The notes under the pieces: model-generated
What the model was told of the DNA's origin: nothing
Seen by the model: only the letters and a program-made list of their open reading frames with translations
Database searches by the model: none
Translations under genes and position numbers: made by a program
Source of the DNA: Adineta vaga
Lineage: Eukaryota > Animalia > Rotifera
Assembly: GCA_021613535.1 (NCBI GenBank)
Contig: CP075493.1
Coordinates: forward strand, 16,244,001 to 16,308,000
Length of the DNA: 64,000 bases
Direction: 5' to 3'
Shown here: positions 27,257-39,500 of the stretch, piece by piece
How the letters are laid out: every line of letters starts with the position of its first letter
How positions within the stretch are numbered: the first letter of the stretch is position 1

Positions 27257-27425
27257 CTGTAGGATAATACGAAACCTTTGAAGGCTTATATTAAACCCTG
27301 AAAAACCATGATGGTTCAGTGTAAAACCGTGATAATTTCATACGAACCCTAAATGTTTTGCACTGAACCATCACGATTTTTCAGGGTTTAATATAAGCCT
27401 TCAAAGGTTTCGTATTATCCTACAG
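27257..27425. repeat. Near-perfect hairpin, about 70-bp arms and a 27-bp spacer; probable MITE core
   Basis: CTGTAGGATAATACGAAACCTTTGAAGGCTTATATTAAACCCTGAAAAA... and its reverse complement ending ...AGGTTTCGTATTATCCTACAG. Confidence 0.85.
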
Positions 27426-28214
27426 AGCCCTTTTTCAGTCTACGACACTCGAAGAAGGGTTCCGCCGATTCCGATGTTCGCATTTTGGGAATTTTGGCGC
27501 ATTTGGAAACTTTTATTGTTCTAATGAACCGTTGGTGTAGGTGTGGAAAAGTTCATTTCTTCTTGAGAATATTCCTGTTCTTAGAAGATCATTAAAAAGA
27601 TTTAGTGAGGAATGAAACTCATATTATTAGATTTTCTTCTTTCTTCATACGTTATCTCTCATTTCGCCTATTTTTAAAACAAGTAACGCTGGCTGTGCCG
27701 ACTCACTTTACCCCCGACTCTGAAAGGCAGTTATTTTCTCCGTGTACCCTCACCCTCACCCTACCCTTAGCTCCGTTTTTATTCCCATGGAAAATGAGAA
27801 TGGGAAAATAGGCAAAAAGTCATTCGCGTATGACACTCTTACACGCACCGATGGTTTCACCCAGGCCCATACCTTCACCATCTAGGCTTTCCAGAAGACA
27901 AATTTTTTCCAGACAGCGGTGCTCAGGATGACACTTCCGAGCTGTCCGTAGATATCCAAGCGTGATCAACGAAATCACGTTTTTTTTTATATTGGTTACT
28001 TATTATGTAATTAGCAACAAGTCACTGTGTTTGTCTCTCCGTTTTGATCATTTGAACAGCAGCACAGTTATCTAGTTTTTCGCTCATTTCATTCATTCAT
28101 TTATCAATATGATATATTTTTAAATTCTTATATTTTTCTTTATTAAGAATCATTAAAAACTATTGTATTTGTGGTATTCTTGTATTAATTTGGTTTCGGA
28201 TCTAGCAAATAACA

Positions 28215-31200
28215 ATGAACCTTATTGTAAAACTTGGTTTATTCTTTACGGTGTTCATCGTTGTTTTAGTCGCTGTTCTTGTTCCTGTTATTCTTCATTT
28301 TCGACAAAAAAATGATGAGGCTGTATTACCACGTAAGATCTTCGTCATTATTTATGACTATTCATGTTTGTTCGTTCGTAAGAGGAAACAAGAACACAAG
28401 GAAACACTTCAACCGTTAAAACAACTGAAAAGGCTAAGTGTAGAATGTTTGTAAAAAAATAAAAGAGCACTGCTCTTGACATACAGATATTTATACATTT
28501 GTTTGGATGTGAGTGGATGTAGTTTTTATCTTGTGTTCATACGATCAGAATATTTGACATAAAACCTTCGCTTTCATTGGTTGAAATTTCTAAACATTTC
28601 TATGCATTTTTTTAGCTATGACGACCAATACAGGGGTAACATTCAGGTAAGTTTGTGTTGAAATTTATTTTGCCATTACAAATTTCAAGAATTCACAATA
28701 ATGACGTAACAGATTTTGTGTTTTCTCAATTATGGATGCGTTTAATATTTTTTTAAGTTGTCCAATAAATCTGAGATAAGTGTATTGCAACCGACGTGCA
28801 CGCAGTACAAATAGTACACACTAATCGAATTGAAGCTTTTACTACAAATCAGAATGAATATATTTTGAGAAGTTTAATCAAAATTATTTTGTTATTCATA
28901 TTTTAAATAGCTCCTGGAAGAAGTGTGAAGTTAGAGATGTATATGTACCAAGAGTCGGGTCTAGAAATACTTGCACCCTCCTAATTAACACAATAGATGG
29001 GTTTTACATTTCTATCTATGAAAGACTTCACCGGTAAGTTCCTATTTTCGTTCTCCAATTCTGCAACATTGTATAACCTTTTATGATTTGTATTATTCCA
29101 CAAATATCTTTTCTATATCAATTTTTATTTCGTGTTGAACTGGACAAACTGAATATGTTAGTGAGGATAACTGAGTGTTTGATTCATCTCTCACCTACGT
29201 CTGCCTACTTCATATAATGGGGAGTTTGATTTTTCAGCAAATTAATTTGTAGAAAATTAATCTTTTAACAAAAAAAGTCGCTCTACCACTTTACTGATCT
29301 ACGCCTATGAATAAATTCAACGTGGCTTTATATTTGTAAACATTGACCAGGAATTCGTATGCTTCTGAAACTATTTAGTTCTATACCATGACTCCTCAAG
29401 ACGGCTTTTCAAGTGAATAATTCAGTAAGTAACTTAGATGGTTACTGATCATGAGATTACTGTACTCTCTGAACTTTTTACAGCCACTTCATTTTTATTA
29501 TAATTTGCCGCAAAATCAAATTCCCCATGAATTCACCTATAGAGGCGGCGTCAGGACTTTCATTTAGAGGGGACTAAGCCCCCGCCAATCCCCCTTGGCG
29601 CCGCCACTATTCACTGACTCTAATTACTACCGAAATAGCTCTCAATAATTTCCTTACTATTTTTTTCTCAACGCCACACATATTAACTAGAATGTAGTAG
29701 AAAAGGATCCCACGAATAAAACGTGCTCATTTATTTTGTTATTGTGAGAGATTTTATTTTCATTTTCCGCTGGTCTGCAAACTGTAACAAAAAATAACTT
29801 ACATCAGTTGTATGAGCTTGCATTTTTTCGATTGCCACTGTATATGCATAAATTAACTATCATCTTTGGTATTTAAATCGTTCTACTTCTGGCTGTACTA
29901 GCACATCCTGACTATTTTTAAAATATGTTATAAAAACAGCAAGAAATTAGAGATTTGTTGACAGGACATGGACCAAAAACTACTTAGTTGACGTTTGCTT
30001 TTTATTATTCTAATTTATTTACACAGCTCCTCAACTACTTCAAGAACTACAACAAACAATACTATTTCAAGTGGCACAACTGCAACTATAAATCCTTGTG
30101 AGTGAAAAACAACTTTTTATTGACTGTAACAATGCGTCCTTGGTATTAAAAAGTTTGAATTGTCTATGTGAAACGCTAAGATTTACAACATGCACTATAG
30201 AGATATAGAGAGATATCACATTCGACAGAGTAGAACTATTTTTTGTAGCATTCTACATCGATCATTAGTTCTATGAGACAAAGAAAAATATTAAAATACT
30301 GAATAGAACAGCACTATGAATAAAAGATTTGTACGGTAGCTGATTCAGATCTTAGAAAAAAAGAATTTCCGATACAGCCTATCTAGATAATGAATAACGT
30401 ATTATCTTCTTCTTATTTGTATCATTATTAGGTGTATCTGGTAACTTACGTTGGAACACAACAGGAATCACTGTGCTCGATTCATCACAAATATCATCTG
30501 TCAAAGGTATATATATTGACGGCAATAATGCTTTGTATGTTACAGATGCCGATGTCGTATGGAAATTATTGAATAATGCCACAAATGCGACGATTGTAGC
30601 TGGAATCCGTGGATCAGTTGGATGGGACAGTACTCAACTGAATTTTCCTCAAGACGTTTATATTGATAAATATGGTAACATGTATGTGGTCGATACTTTG
30701 AATTATCGCGTACAAAAGTTTGTCAACGGCTCAACCACTGGAATCACTATCGCTGGTATAACTGGATCACAAGGATCTGCAGCAAATCAATTTGCTGTTC
30801 CATTATATTTTACTTTTGATTCAACAGATACATACTTCTATATCATTGATCTTAGCAATAATAATGTTATGCAATATTTGACAAACTCAACCACAGGTGA
30901 CGATGGAACCCGCGTAGCTGGTGGATATGGAGCAGATAATACGAAGACATCATTAAGTGGAGGTAATGGTATTCATTATTTACCGTTGATAAATCCTGAC
31001 TTATTTATAACAACTAATCGCGGACATACAGTGATGCGTTGGACACCTGGGGCTTCTTCGGGTGTTTTTGTTGCTGGTGTGCCTGGTGTAGCAGGTTCCA
31101 ATTCTACACTTTTAAATCAACCGAGAGGTATCCGGATCGATAAATATTTGAACATGTTTGTTGTCGATTTTAGCAACCATAGAGTACAAATGTTTTGTGC

Positions 31201-31357
31201 GAACAATCCAACTGGTATAACGATTGCTGGCACTGGTATTGCAGGCAATAGTGCAATGCAATTAAATACGCCAAGAGTCATAGCATTCGATACATACATG
31301 AATATGTACATTGGTGATGCTGGTAATAACCGTGTTCAAAAATTCCTCAAATACTAA
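28215..31357 (+). CDS. Type II membrane NHL-repeat (beta-propeller) protein with a Thr-rich stalk
   Basis: Phase-consistent exons 28215-28332 (TM), 28616-28646, 30027-30097 (SSTTSRTTT) and 30432-31357. NHL repeats include QLNFPQDVYIDKYGNMYVVDTLNYRVQKF and QLNTPRVIAFDTYMNMYIGDAGNNRVQKF. Confidence 0.9.
29540..29609. mobile_element. 70-bp hAT-like MITE (intronic)
   Basis: TAGAGGCGGCG...CGCCGCCACTA termini; flanks TTCACCTA / TTCACTGA look like a decayed 8-bp TSD. Confidence 0.55.
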
Positions 31358-32009
31358 AAACTTTATAAACGAACAAATATCCTACTAATATTTTTCTTCA
31401 TTTCTTCTGAACAATAGTTTCTGGTACTTATTAACCCTGGTAAGATGAGGATGGATTATTTTTGTCCGTTCTCTTGTGGAGACACACAGGAATTTGAAAA
31501 AAGGTCGATAGCACGAGGGTAAATAAGGTTTTAATTTTACTACCTTTCCTTGATATTTTAGTTCAGGAGAACAATCTTATTAAAGTTTTTTCTTAATTCG
31601 CATGTATCATTTCCGATATAGTTCCTTTCTCTTTCCTCGTTTTATTCACGCACACACATATATATATATATATATCCATGTCATTTATCTTTATTTTCAG
31701 CTTCTGTAATTTGTGTTTTCCGCGTTAAAGATCATTGTTCAATCTGTATTGTAACGCTTTTGTACCCAATAAACTGAACTAACGTTCACCAACTCAAGAT
31801 TAATTTAGAATATCCATCAATACAAAACTTGAATTTACATAGTTTTATTATACTAGTTTTTATAATAACACGAAAATGAGAAGAACTAGAGCTTTCAGCA
31901 CATCAAGTGCCATCGTCAGTAGGTGAATACTGTTATGATGATGTGGATGATGTTGTTACAGCGAGTGATGGTGAACTATAGTTGATTATTACCGAATACG
32001 AAATACAAA

Positions 32010-32104
32010 GGGTGGGATGGGTGTGTGTGAGGGTGTGGGTTTGGGTGTGGGTGTGAGTCAGACTATACTCTTAATCCACAACCACACCCATACCCACCCA
32101 CACC
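32010..32104. repeat. Inverted telomere-repeat cassette, copy 2
   Basis: Degenerate (GGGTGT)n-GAGTCAGACTATACTCTTAA-TCCACAACCACACCCATACCCACCCACACC. Confidence 0.88.
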
Positions 32105-32147
32105 ATGTAGAACGTTTTCTTAAGATTTTATTTCTTCTAAAAGTTTA

Positions 32148-32889
32148 TCAATTAATAATTGATGAATGTTCTCGAGCATCAGTAGCTCTCGGATAATCAG
32201 ATTCATAATCTTGTTTTCGAACATGAATAATATGATTTAATAATGCATCATCCATTGAACCACTCTCACCAATTGTATATCGATGAGCTACTACATTAAC
32301 ATAATAATCCATTACTATTGCATGTGCACCATTTGGTAACATTGGCACTATCAATAATACACCACTAAATAGTGTTATTAATACAGTTGTATTCAATCAT
32401 TTTTCAATTTATTTATTAAATGATACAGTATGCCATTCAATTAGTTCAACATATATACTTGGATAAGTTAGTTTCATAAATTTTTCAATTTTTTCTAAAT
32501 TCACAATGGCACAATGTCTTTTGCTATTCGAATGTGTTCATACAAAAATTGATTTATTCGTTATAATAATATAATGTTTTCGTGGAATAAAATTCGGATT
32601 AAATCCATTATATTTAATTATTTTTGATCTCCAATTATAGAAAAGTGGTTCATGTCCATGATTTTCTTTTATTTTAGCTTTTGAAAAAAGACTTAATTGA
32701 GCTCCAACTATGAAACGATCGAAACAAATATATTTTGTTTGAAAAGATTTCATACAAGTTGTGAATTCTACCATAGATTTTTTTTGTTAATGCAGGTATA
32801 ACATATTGATGATATATTTCAAATAAAGATGTCTTTGGAATATTAGTTAAATTTTCATCAGTAATACTTATTCGTTCCATTGGATACAC
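32148..32889 (-). pseudogene. Glycosyltransferase family 61 (DUF563)-like pseudogene fragment
   Basis: Three collinear short ORFs join through stops and a frameshift: ...HCAIVNLEKIEKFMKLTYPSIYVELIEWHTVSFNK*IEK*LNTTVLITLFSGVLLIVPMLPNGAHAIVMDYY. This resembles the GT61 pattern R.I.N..E...Q......LI..GG......LP.GA.VI. Confidence 0.55.
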
Positions 32890-33572
32890 TCTTGCTCATA
32901 CACACTTGACTCTCACACGTTGATAAATACACAAAATCATTGAATCATTATTTCGAATATTGTTTGTTAGAACTCAAATTCAGTTCAACGTTTCGACTTT
33001 TATGTTTTTCATTTACGTACAATAAAACCTTTCCATTCTAAACACCAACGGACTTTTCAAAATCGTTTATAAGAAGTATATATTGTTTTTATTCATTAAA
33101 CTTCGGTGCTTCTGTACGATCTGTACATATCTTTTCCTTCACCTTCACCTTCACCTTCACCCTGTGCTATGAAAATCGTATTGAAGGACCATTGAGCAAC
33201 AAGCGGTTTACTCTCTCTGTTCAATTCATAATCATTTGTATCTTCCAATTTTCTTTCTCTGGTTGTTTCTCTCTAGATGTCAAACGCGAAACTGTCGATG
33301 AAATGCATCGTTTTAATTCAAAATGTATATTGAAATACAAAGAAATGAATAAAGAAATCTACACACACTCGTGAACAAACTAAACATAATAAGAGTAGAA
33401 CAAACCATATTGAGGGTGGCTGAGAACAGCCGCGGATGTAAATATAAGTATCTATTCTTCATTTTGCCCACCCCTTACACGTACTCAAACGCAAACTTAG
33501 GTTCATTCTTTATTCTTTTTTATTCTGATCTTAATACAGTATGATGATAAAGATGTTACTATATTAGTCACA

Positions 33573-36500
33573 TTATTGATCGAGCTGATTGTTTGTGGTA
33601 GTTATCTTTATTTGTCTACGTTTTGCTAACGATAAAATTAGTTTTTGATAGTTATTTAGTTTGTTCAATTCTTCGTCATTACCAGTGTATAATGTTAAAT
33701 GAGCAGTCCAAAGTTCGTTTGTAGACTTTGTAATAGCGTTCAAAAGGAATATTGTTCCTGGAATGAATAGGACTTCCTCTTCATCTTCAATGTGACTATA
33801 TTGTCGAATATTACCGAATGGTTTTTCGGCATTGAGACACTGGATTTGTGCACTGACGTCGATAATAAACAATATTGATTGCGAAATAGATTTCTGTGTC
33901 CCATCTCCAACGAATATCTTAGCCACTGCTTCTGAAAGTGAAGTAGAAAGAAATGTTTTGATGACAATATATCCATTAATATTTCGCTTCAGTCGATTGA
34001 TTTCCTTCATAGTAACTTGTTGACCTCGATAAACGGTATAACTTTGTGAATGCAATGTATGTCGATCAAAGTCTGTATGTATTCTGTCGAGCTGATGATA
34101 AAGATCCAAAATAAAACATCGAAAATCCAAGACAATTTCAGCATCTTCTGATCGAAGCGCACGATTGAGAAGCCGAAAAAGTATAGAATCTTTTGTGTAC
34201 CATCGAATTGCGTCATCGCTACGATAGTTTGCTTCAAATACATCAAGTTTTTTCAATTCAACTTCATTACCCGCACAATACTGTCGACATCTTTTCAGCA
34301 TCATTTGATCAACTGTATGCGTTCTAGTTGAAATATGACGTAAAATATCCACCAAATGTAATAGAACAACATCAAATCTGTCATTTAAATGTTGCTCCTT
34401 GCGATCGGACATTGTTAATTTTATTATCCATACATCATTATCATCAGAGAAGAAAACTGAATTGACGTGAAACGATGTACCAAACGTGAATAGTGTTTCA
34501 TCTTCGTTTTCATGTTCACTTTCTTTTGCAATCTTTGCAAATATATGAAATTTGGCGTCTTCTTTATTTATTTGAATATCAAACAAAACTGATTCGAAGA
34601 GTGGTCTTTGTGATCCTGCTCCGCTGTTGGCAATCGCCACATCGAGTTTACTTGAAGCGGAGAAAAATGTATTGATTGCTATAACACCGCCTACATTTAA
34701 CTGTATTTTTCTCAACTCATCGGGCTTCATATATTGTCCGCGATAAACGTGCGTATTAGTTGTATTATAACTCTGACTTTGTATTGAGCATAACTTCTTG
34801 AGTCCATTATGAAGATCAGCAATATAAAATCCAAAATCTAATATTGCGTCCACATTGTTTGTGCGAAGTATCCTATTGAGTAAACGATAGACAAATGATT
34901 CACGCGTATACCATCGAAGTGCTGCGTTAGCAGTATAGTCATTTTCAAATTCATCGACCAATTCTAAATGTCTTTCATTATTCTTATTAAATTCACCACA
35001 TGAATTAGCCGCTCTAGAGTATTGCGCTATTCTTTTCTTAGCAGTGCGTGCTTCTGGAGTTGTCTGTACCAGAATATCAAGTAATAAATGGAAACATTTC
35101 GATTGCAATTGTTTGGCATAAATAGTTCGTGTTGTAGCCATATTTATTTGAGTAATCGATTCGAAGATATTAGAATGTTCCTTATTTCCTACTAGCATGT
35201 TCATATCTTGTGTAATTTTTGATATTAAAAGTTTGATGTCATCAAATGTGCCACGTACATTAGAATAATCTGTAATCCATGACGCATGACGATGAGTCCT
35301 GTTTTCTGTGGTTAAAATATAAACGTATGGTATTGAAGATAAATCTTCGATAAAGCCAAAAATAAGTTCAGAAAAATAATCGGATACAATCAAGATCAAT
35401 TTATCATTATTAACTACAGATAAATAATTTTTAAAATCGTTCGTGTCGTTAAAGAATTCTAAATGGCAACTAAGCATTTTTATTTCATGAATCAGCATAT
35501 GTGATTCAACACTGCAATTGAAACGATCAGCTAACAGTATTACTGTTATCTCTTCGATGTCATCTGGTATACTATTTTCATCAGCAAACAGAACCGTACA
35601 AGATTCGTCAAAAAACAAACTAGAGAAGAACAACATTATAAACTATGTATAAATATACGATCTCTTTTCGGACAATCAAAAAATACTTTATAGTATGGTT
35701 CACTGTTTTCTAAGTAATTTAGATCAAATGTCATATAGCACTCAACACTCTCATTATTCTCCTGTAAAATCAGTTAAATATATCATCTCAGAGTATCAGA
35801 TAAACAAAGTTGCTTAGTACTGTAGTAGAGTATGCATTACTTGTGAGTTCCAGCCATTATTCCTGGTCTGTCAACTACTGACATAAAACCGCCCCTTATC
35901 CAATTATTGTACAATCTGTGTGATACTATTGCCTTTTCCATTTCAGAACCTTCATCCTAGTAACAAAAATGTAAGAGTGAACATGTTGATAGTATATATT
36001 ATGATCTTGATTCTTTACCTGAAGTTCGAAATTAGTTGAATTGACATATAATAGTCCAATGGTAGCTAAACCTGTTACACGGAATTCTGCCCTACAGAAG
36101 AAAACGAACAATACATAAAAATAATAGTTGCCAAACTTACTCTATCTACTCACCTATTTTGATAAAGTTGATATCTTCTCTTCCGAATGACGTTAGTTGT
36201 TGATTCTGTCGGTATCTCGGTATTCAGTTCAATCAAGCACACGCTGACAATTTCTTCTTTCTAAATAATATCGATAACTCTTTCGCAATAAATTGAAAAT
36301 TATAAGTGACTAAAAAGTATAATGTCATGCAAACAAAGTTTTAATGCAACTTGCATTATTTAATACATGAATGATTTAATCACCTTATTCTTTGGTTCCT
36401 GCATATTAGATATGATTTGATACTTACAAAATATCTGTTCACATTATATATTTCTATCACCAAACGTTGTTTCGTAGGATATACCTGTGTGAATTTCAAA

Positions 36501-39500
36501 ATAAAGCAGATTTTCCTTCATTGACAGATGGATAATTCAAAATCACTTACTCGAAACAAAAAGCCTTCATTCCATATTGGATCCATTGTATTGATTTCAT
36601 CTCGACTATAAGCTGAATCTATAATTTCATTCCAATCTTGAAATTGATCAGTTCCCCATGTTTGTAAAGAAACTTTAGCGAACAAAGTACTAAGGTTAAG
36701 AGCGCGAAAAATATTTAGTGGCTTTCTCGATTTAGTAATGATATATTCTATCATACCATTCTTTATGAAAAAACGTTTTCTGCTGCAAGAAACTAGCGCC
36801 AAAAATCTTTATATACAATAAATGACTTTCTGTGGTGACTTGTTCGACTCCATATATTTCTTTTATGGGATTAATATGTGTCTAAAAAATATAATTAGTA
36901 TTTATAATTTAATCATATCATATTGGTAATGGATGACGGTGTGGTTATCTGTATGAAGAGAAGAGAATTACCCACATCTCATCCTCCAGATGATTTCCTG
37001 ACTTTTTAAAATATATTGCAGTGTTACATGACGTATTATGATGAACAAATCCTCAAAAATACTTCAGAAAACTTAAGATTATCAAAAAAATTTTAAAGAA
37101 TGCCAAACATCATATACTATTTCAGGAGCAAAATGTCTTTCGTTTTGGACTATCTTTTACACTCTTCCTACTAGATATACGTTTGTTTAGTTATAATACT
37201 TACATTAAGCTTCTCGAGTGCTTCTTCAATATACTTTTGTGCCGAAAAGTCGTCAGCAGAATTCAGTTTCTCAAGTGCTTTGCGATAGTATTCTTTTGCT
37301 AGCCTTTTGTTTTCGAGTTCCAAATTACACTCGTCACCGAATCTTATCAAGCGCATAGCAATTAAGATTAATACGCCTTTTCTTGCCGTCTGAAGATTAT
37401 TGCAGCGAATAATTCCTGGTGAAGTCGACGATGATGTAAGACCGGAGTCTCCACAATGTAGATAGATTTCTTCCTCATTATCGTAAATCATAATTATAGA
37501 CGCTCTTGAATATTCACTCAGCAAGTTAAAAAATGATTCTGATATATTATGAGACATTAAAATTAAATAAGAGTGATTGTCACCTGCGCCTATAATATAA
37601 TCCAAATATTCAGTAACATTTTTCTGCCGCAACCATTTTTTTGGCGATACTATGTCATCAAACAATTCTGCATAAGAATCTTGTGATTGTTCATCTAACC
37701 AAATAAATGAATAATTGATTTGATTCATGACATCTACCGGTAAGCATTTTCTTAAATAGTCATCAAAATCCGGTTCCTTCCCCATAATACTATTGAAAAA
37801 TTTATGGAATCCAGGCAAGGTAAATGACTCTTTTTTAGTCTTCTCCTTTGGTTCATGTTCAGAAGTTGAATTGCGATCTCTATACATCGGTAATGTAACG
37901 ATAATCGCCTGTAAATACAGAAATGATAGAGAACATCAGTCAAAATATAATTATTATCACAAAAATAATAACTGAGAGTTTATCTCACTGATTTTCTGAT
38001 TTTATTCAGTACTTTTATATTTGTATTTTTTTAGTTGAAATTTATAACATGATAGCATAAAATACGTACGTAGTACAAATGTAGCGTTGAGTTGCATATA
38101 AGTTCAACAATTTGTGAGAATACTTATATATTTTAAAGTAACAACTGTGTTTTATGAAGAAAATTTGAAGAGCTTTTTCAAAAATGCAGCTTTGGGTAGA
38201 AACCGATCAACAAAAGAAATATGACTTCTACACAGAAAAGTATCGTTTAAGTGAAAAACTAATTTTCTTTCTATTTTGGGACATACTGATAATCGATTAC
38301 ATAAATTTCTTTACACGAAACTAAAATACAGAATAGTAACTGTCAAGTAATAGTCTTCTTACATTCATTAGCAAATACTTTGATCAAAGGAGATAATGAT
38401 GAATATTCAGTACATCGAAACGCAAAAATAATCGAAATGTCCTTCGAACAGCTTACAATTTCATGAGAAATGAAATATTTCACTAAAATAAATACAGTAC
38501 TTCTTCCTAATAACGACACTGAAATGAAACTTTATTTTGTTTTTATTCGCGTTCATCTATATTATGACCGATTTCAAACAACTTTATATTTGGGGAATCT
38601 TTGGATGGTGCTCTTTCGAATGGTATATTTCCGATCCCTTTTCTCATATATTTTCGTGGAGATATCACCGGTCTACGGTCATGATGTCTTGCTGTCGTTA
38701 TTACGTGCTACTTCCATAATAACGACACTCAGCTATTTTTTTGCCCTAACCCAGGTCGAAAAATCCGAGCCGGATCCGGCCGGAACCAGAACATTCCGGT
38801 CATTTCATGGAAGCAGGGTTCCGACCCGGATATTTTCGAACTTTTCCACTCGCTTCTGACTAACTTCCAGTGAGTTCCAGTCGGAAAACGACTGGAATTC
38901 GCCAGAACAGTCCGAGAAATTCCGATCGGAATACTGCTTCCACTCTCCTTTGTTTTCCGGTTGGAACCGTTTGGAACTAGCTAGAACCGTCCGGAATATC
39001 CTCGGAAAGGCGTGATTTCTAGCAGGTTCCTTTCGGATCCGGAGGCCGGAACGTCCGTCCTGGGAATAACGACACTCAAGCAAAATTTATGCTAAAAGCG
39101 AATTCTTTTCAGAAAAAAGTGTTTTTGACGATTTTTACTCTGAAATTGAGGGTAGATTCCTTAGTCAACTTTGAAGAGCGTCTCAAGTTCTACCTATATC
39201 TAGCGGTTCAGGTCGATTGAATCATATCATAAGAGAATTCTAATATCAACAAAAATCATCTCGGATCAATGGAAAAAATAGGTATCCCTAATAACGACAC
39301 CCAGCAAAATTTTTGCCCTAATTACGACACCAAGCTATTTTTTCTCCCTAATAACGACAGTCAGCTGATTTGGCCGTTGTAACAATTCTAGCTATCTTTT
39401 CGCCCTAATAGCGACACTCAGCTATTTTTTGACCCTAATAACGACAATAAGCCGATTTTCATCATCATGTTGCTTCTCGTTATAGTTGCTGAAGAATCTA

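Noticed and set aside
36019-36881. Calling a NEDD4 gene
   Set aside because: Only a diverged C2 domain is present; there are no WW or HECT domains.
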